64,000 nt of DNA. Source: Bacillota bacterium (lineage in GTDB: Bacteria > Bacillota > JAAYKD01). The notes beneath the pieces are model-generated. The model made no database searches, was not told where the DNA came from, and worked only from the letters and a program-made list of their open reading frames with translations. The stretch covers positions 1,632,001-1,696,000 of the forward strand of contig OY762825.2 of NCBI GenBank assembly GCA_963666425.2, written 5' to 3'. Within the stretch, counting starts at the first letter, position 1, and each line of letters begins with the position of its first letter. This document shows, one piece after another, positions 60,393 to 64,000 of the stretch. The position numbers and the translations under genes were made by a program.

Positions 60393-61055
60393 ATGGCAAG
60401 TTCCATGATGCATTTATATGTCGGTCGGAGATTAAGTGAAACTTGGCTGCAGCCGCAAAATAAAGCGCAGTTTTATCTTGGCTGTATTGTGCCGGACAGC
60501 GTCAATTTGCAGGGTTTCGCCAGCAAAGAAAAACGCTGGACCGCTCATCTTCGCCATGCTGATCTGCAAATTTGGGCAGAGCAGGTGGCACGTTTTTATG
60601 AAAACAACGGTGAATATGCTGATCGGGATTTACTCTTGGGTTATGCCGTGCATGCCTTCACCGATATTGCCTGGGATGCCGGTGACCATGATTATATCTG
60701 GCAGGCCATGCCAAAATTGCATCTGCCGGCGGGTACCGCATTGGGAGCTGGTTGGGACGATTGTTTTCGGTTTGACCATCAGCAGCAAAAAGCGGTCTGG
60801 TGGCTGCAGGAAGTGCAGCCGCTGCTGAAAATGGCTGCGGCAAAATCAATCAACGGCTTGAGCAAAGCATGGATGGAAATTTTTCTGCAGCAAATCATCG
60901 CTGGCGGGATTGAGCAGGACTATAGACTTTATACCCCGCCGGTCCTGGTCACGGACTTGTTGGTGGATCAACTGGCAAGACAAACAGAACAGCTATGCCG
61001 TCAGCTGATCCGGCTGGAATCAACCACTGTCGGTTCCAGGCAGTCAGCACAGTGA
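60393..61055 (+). CDS. Zinc-dependent phospholipase C-like protein
   Basis: N-terminal His, FYLGCIVPD, TAH, LLGYAVHAFTD; RBS AAGGAG. Confidence 0.65.
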   Translation: MASSMMHLYVGRRLSETWLQPQNKAQFYLGCIVPDSVNLQGFASKEKRWTAHLRHADLQIWAEQVARFYENNGEYADRDLLLGYAVHAFTDIAWDAGDHDYIWQAMPKLHLPAGTALGAGWDDCFRFDHQQQKAVWWLQEVQPLLKMAAAKSINGLSKAWMEIFLQQIIAGGIEQDYRLYTPPVLVTDLLVDQLARQTEQLCRQLIRLESTTVGSRQSAQ

Positions 61056-61103
61056 GCGATTGAATAGTGGCTGAAGGAAATAGAGTATCATCAACAAGAA
61101 CAG

Positions 61104-61144
61104 CCTGTCGGTGAATCTTGAAGTATCACGAACAGGCTGTTTTT
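61104..61144 (+). terminator. Intrinsic terminator
   Basis: AACAGCCTGT...ACAGGCTGTTTTT. Confidence 0.6.
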
Positions 61145-61410
61145 AAATACTCCGCTGTCAATGCAGAAGGTCATCCGGAAGGTGCGATCACAGGATACAA
61201 TCAAAAAAAGCCAGGTACTCGTTGCTGCATGATCCGGTTTGTCTTCTGTGATGAACGAAAAAACACACGCCACTGAATTAAATAGCCGATATAACAGAGT
61301 ATTGCTGATGAAATCACCGTACTTTTGTGGATGCCAAAGAGTTTCGCAACCGCGAGAGAGCATCAACGAGACTGCGTCGTGGCGACGAAACTCAAAAAAG
61401 GGGAATCTTC

Positions 61411-63111
61411 GTGAAGAATAGTAAAAAACTGGTGCAAAACCTTGCGGTGGGGCTGTTGGTCTTGCTTGGCGTTAAAAATATCTTAGTGGCATTACCCTTC
61501 AAAGCGGCGCAAAGGATTGACTATTTTTATAAAATGTTTATTTACCCAAACGAGCTGGTTTTGCATCATGCCCTGTCCTTTTTACTTGGGCTGTTGATGC
61601 TGCTCTTAGCCCGCCAGCTTTATAAAAGAGTTCGCCTGGCTTGGATGGCGGAGGTTGGTGCGCTGACACTGACCTTGATTTTTCAGCTTTGGAGATATCA
61701 TCTGTTTGTGATACCGATCATCATGATTGAATTATTCGTCCTCATCGTGCTCTGTGTCTCACAGCAGGATTTTCAGCGCAAAAGCGATCCGCTCACGGTG
61801 AAAAGAGCCCTTGGTTTTATTACAGTTTCCTTGATCCTGCTGCTGACCCACGCAACAGTAGGCGTTTATATGATGAAGGGACATCTGCAGAATATTCATG
61901 ATTTAGGCGATGCCTTGCTCAGCTCGGTCAAGCTGTTTGTCTTATTGGACACCAATGTGCTGCAAACAACCAGTAAAGCAGCCGAATTGTATATTACTTC
62001 TTTGATGATTATCAACTGGGTATGCATCCTGTCTTTTGTGATTTTATTGTTCAGGCCTTTGATTTACCAACCTGCCATAACAAAATATGATCGAGTACGA
62101 GTGCGCAGGCTGGCACTTACTTATGGGCAAAATCCGGTGTCTTATCTTGCGTTAGAGAGTGATAAAAGGTTCTTTTTCAGCAGAAAGGTGAATGGCGTCT
62201 GTGCCTATACGCTAGTCAATGACGTATTCATCATCTCTGGCGATCTGCTTTGTAAAACGGAGGATGTAAAAACCTTTCTGCAGGAACTATTGACCTATTG
62301 CAATCAAAATGCTTACCAAATCATGCTGATCAATATTACGGACCAGTTGAGAGATTTCTATGCTGCGGCAGGCTTTTCGATAGTGAAATATGGCGAGGAG
62401 GCCTGCTTTGACCTAAAAAATTATACCTTGGCAGGCGGAAAAACGGCTAAAGTACGGGCTGCCATCAATCATGCCATCAAGGCTGGCATCAAAGTTGCAG
62501 AGTATCAACCGCAGGTTGAAAGAAATGAATGGATTGAGAAGCAGATTCAGCAAATCACGGAGCAATGGCTGCGGCACAAGGGCGGTTATGAAATGCATTT
62601 TACGCTGGGAGGAACGGGCTTAGCTGATCCTCTGGACCGAAGGTATTTCTATGCTTGTAATGCAGAGGGAACGATGCTGGGGTTTGTTGTATTTTTGCCT
62701 TATCTAAATGGCTATTTGGCTGATGTTACCCGAAGAAGGATCGATGCGCCGCAGGGTGTATTAGAGAAAATCATCTATGATGCCTTTATGCAGTTCAAAG
62801 AGGAGGGGCTTGCTTGGGGCAGTTTGGGTTTATCTCCCTTGTACAATGTGGCTGACCATGATAAAGCAAACATAACCGAAAAGCTATTCAATTATATTTA
62901 TGAAAACCTCAACAGCAGCTATAGCTTTAAGCAGCTTCACCATGCCAAAGAAAAATACGCTCCCACGCACTGGGTGCCCCGCTATCTGGCTTACTACCCC
63001 TCTCCGTTTTCGGCGAAATTTGCCTATGCCTTGGTGCGCTGTCAAATCAAGGAAGGATTCCTGCAAGTGCTGCTCGGCGAATTGCGGCCCAAAAAGGACA
63101 ATAATCCTTGA
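61411..63111 (+). CDS. MprF-like aminoacyl-phosphatidylglycerol synthase (TM region plus DUF2156 domain)
   Basis: KYGEEA.FDL..YTL.G, DVTRR..DAPQGVLE, LGLSPL, YSFKQL...KEKY.P..W.PRYL. Confidence 0.85.
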   Translation: MKNSKKLVQNLAVGLLVLLGVKNILVALPFKAAQRIDYFYKMFIYPNELVLHHALSFLLGLLMLLLARQLYKRVRLAWMAEVGALTLTLIFQLWRYHLFVIPIIMIELFVLIVLCVSQQDFQRKSDPLTVKRALGFITVSLILLLTHATVGVYMMKGHLQNIHDLGDALLSSVKLFVLLDTNVLQTTSKAAELYITSLMIINWVCILSFVILLFRPLIYQPAITKYDRVRVRRLALTYGQNPVSYLALESDKRFFFSRKVNGVCAYTLVNDVFIISGDLLCKTEDVKTFLQELLTYCNQNAYQIMLINITDQLRDFYAAAGFSIVKYGEEACFDLKNYTLAGGKTAKVRAAINHAIKAGIKVAEYQPQVERNEWIEKQIQQITEQWLRHKGGYEMHFTLGGTGLADPLDRRYFYACNAEGTMLGFVVFLPYLNGYLADVTRRRIDAPQGVLEKIIYDAFMQFKEEGLAWGSLGLSPLYNVADHDKANITEKLFNYIYENLNSSYSFKQLHHAKEKYAPTHWVPRYLAYYPSPFSAKFAYALVRCQIKEGFLQVLLGELRPKKDNNP

Positions 63112-63358
63112 AGTTAGGAGAGACCGAAAAAATCCAGCAGCGAAAGAATGGTTTACTTCTCACAAGTTCAAACTATTTTTTCAGCAACAGAGAATCGCTC
63201 CTGCAATCAAGACATGGATCGCCGCAAACACCTTTATGCAGGAAGTTACATTTTATTTCGCTTGCGAATTATAGATGTTGGTGCTAAGATGAAAGCTTAG
63301 TGAACAGAAATAAAAACGTAAAATGGCCACGTGAAGCAGGGATATAGGAAGTGATGGT

Positions 63359-64000
63359 ATGATACGAATCGGGCTGGATGTAGGTTCCACTACGCTAAAA
63401 TGCGTGGTGCTTGAGGAACATGGTGAGATCGTGTATCAGTTATATGAACGGCATTTTTCACAAATCACAGAAAGAGCATCCATTATGTTAAGCGGTATTC
63501 TGCAGCAGTTTCCCTTGGAAATTGTGCAGGGCTTGGCTGTAACCGGTTCGGCAGGGATGGGTTTTGCGGAACAAATGGGGATTCCCTTCATGCAGGAAGT
63601 CTATGCCACCAGGGTCGCTGTGAAGAAGCTGCTGCCAAAAACTGATGTTGTGATTGAATTGGGCGGTGAGGACGCCAAAATCCTCTTTTTATCCGGTGCC
63701 ATGGAAGTTCGCATGAATGGTTCCTGTGCCGGCGGCACGGGTGCTTTTATTGACCAGATGGCCACTTTGCTGGCGATTACCCCGGATGAAATGAATGAAA
63801 TGGCCAAGGAGCAAAAAAAACTCTACAGTATCGCCTCTCGCTGCGGCGTGTTTGCCAAATCGGATATCCAGCCGCTGCTCAACCAGGGAGCGCAAAAATC
63901 GGATGTCTCTGCCAGCATTTTTGCGGCAGTCGTCAATCAAACCATTGCCGGTTTGGCGCAGGGACGTGAGATCAAAGGGAATATCGTCTATTTGGGTGGA
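63359..64000 (+). CDS. 2-hydroxyacyl-CoA dehydratase activator (BadF/HgdC-like ATPase), runs off window
   Basis: Not in ORF track. Hand translation gives MIRIGLDVGSTTLKCVV...TGSAG...QEV...IELGGEDAK...RMNGSCAGGTGAFIDQMA...IASRCGVFAKSD. Confidence 0.9.
   Translation, partial: MIRIGLDVGSTTLKCVVLEEHGEIVYQLYERHFSQITERASIMLSGILQQFPLEIVQGLAVTGSAGMGFAEQMGIPFMQEVYATRVAVKKLLPKTDVVIELGGEDAKILFLSGAMEVRMNGSCAGGTGAFIDQMATLLAITPDEMNEMAKEQKKLYSIASRCGVFAKSDIQPLLNQGAQKSDVSASIFAAVVNQTIAGLAQGREIKGNIVYLGG

Noticed and set aside
61305-61393. CTGATGA...GAAAC resembling a hammerhead ribozyme core
   Set aside because: No short stem II links CUGAUGA to GAAA, and I could not build stems I and III.

Overview
This is the chromosomal replication-origin region of a Bacillota (Firmicutes, Clostridia-like) genome. 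The core is the conserved origin block: on the - strand parB-parA ... rsmG-mnmG-mnmE-jag-yidC-yidD-rnpA-rpmH, and on the + strand dnaA-dnaN-yaaA-recF-remB-gyrB-gyrA. Three perfect parS palindromes lie at 22-27 kb. Flanking accessory genes include ABC transporters with MarR/GntR/MerR/BlaI regulators and readable operators, an AmmeMemoRadiSam pair, a baeRF-type release-factor homolog, peptidases, alkylation-repair glycosylases and an MprF-like protein. I saw no rRNA, tRNA, CRISPR array or intact transposase. The most notable observation is that the dnaA-dnaN gap is only about 30 bp with no DnaA box, while a DnaA-box cluster ending in a B. subtilis-like unwinding module (tandem boxes, GC spacer, DnaA-trio-like tract) lies between remB and gyrB, suggesting a displaced oriC. 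Other points of interest: a parB-linked desulfurase-like enzyme lacking its catalytic Cys, GyrA with Val at the Ser83-equivalent position, an orphan IS150-like end, a single-base frameshifted gene, and no noc between rsmG and parA. All calls come from reading motifs by eye, without database searches.
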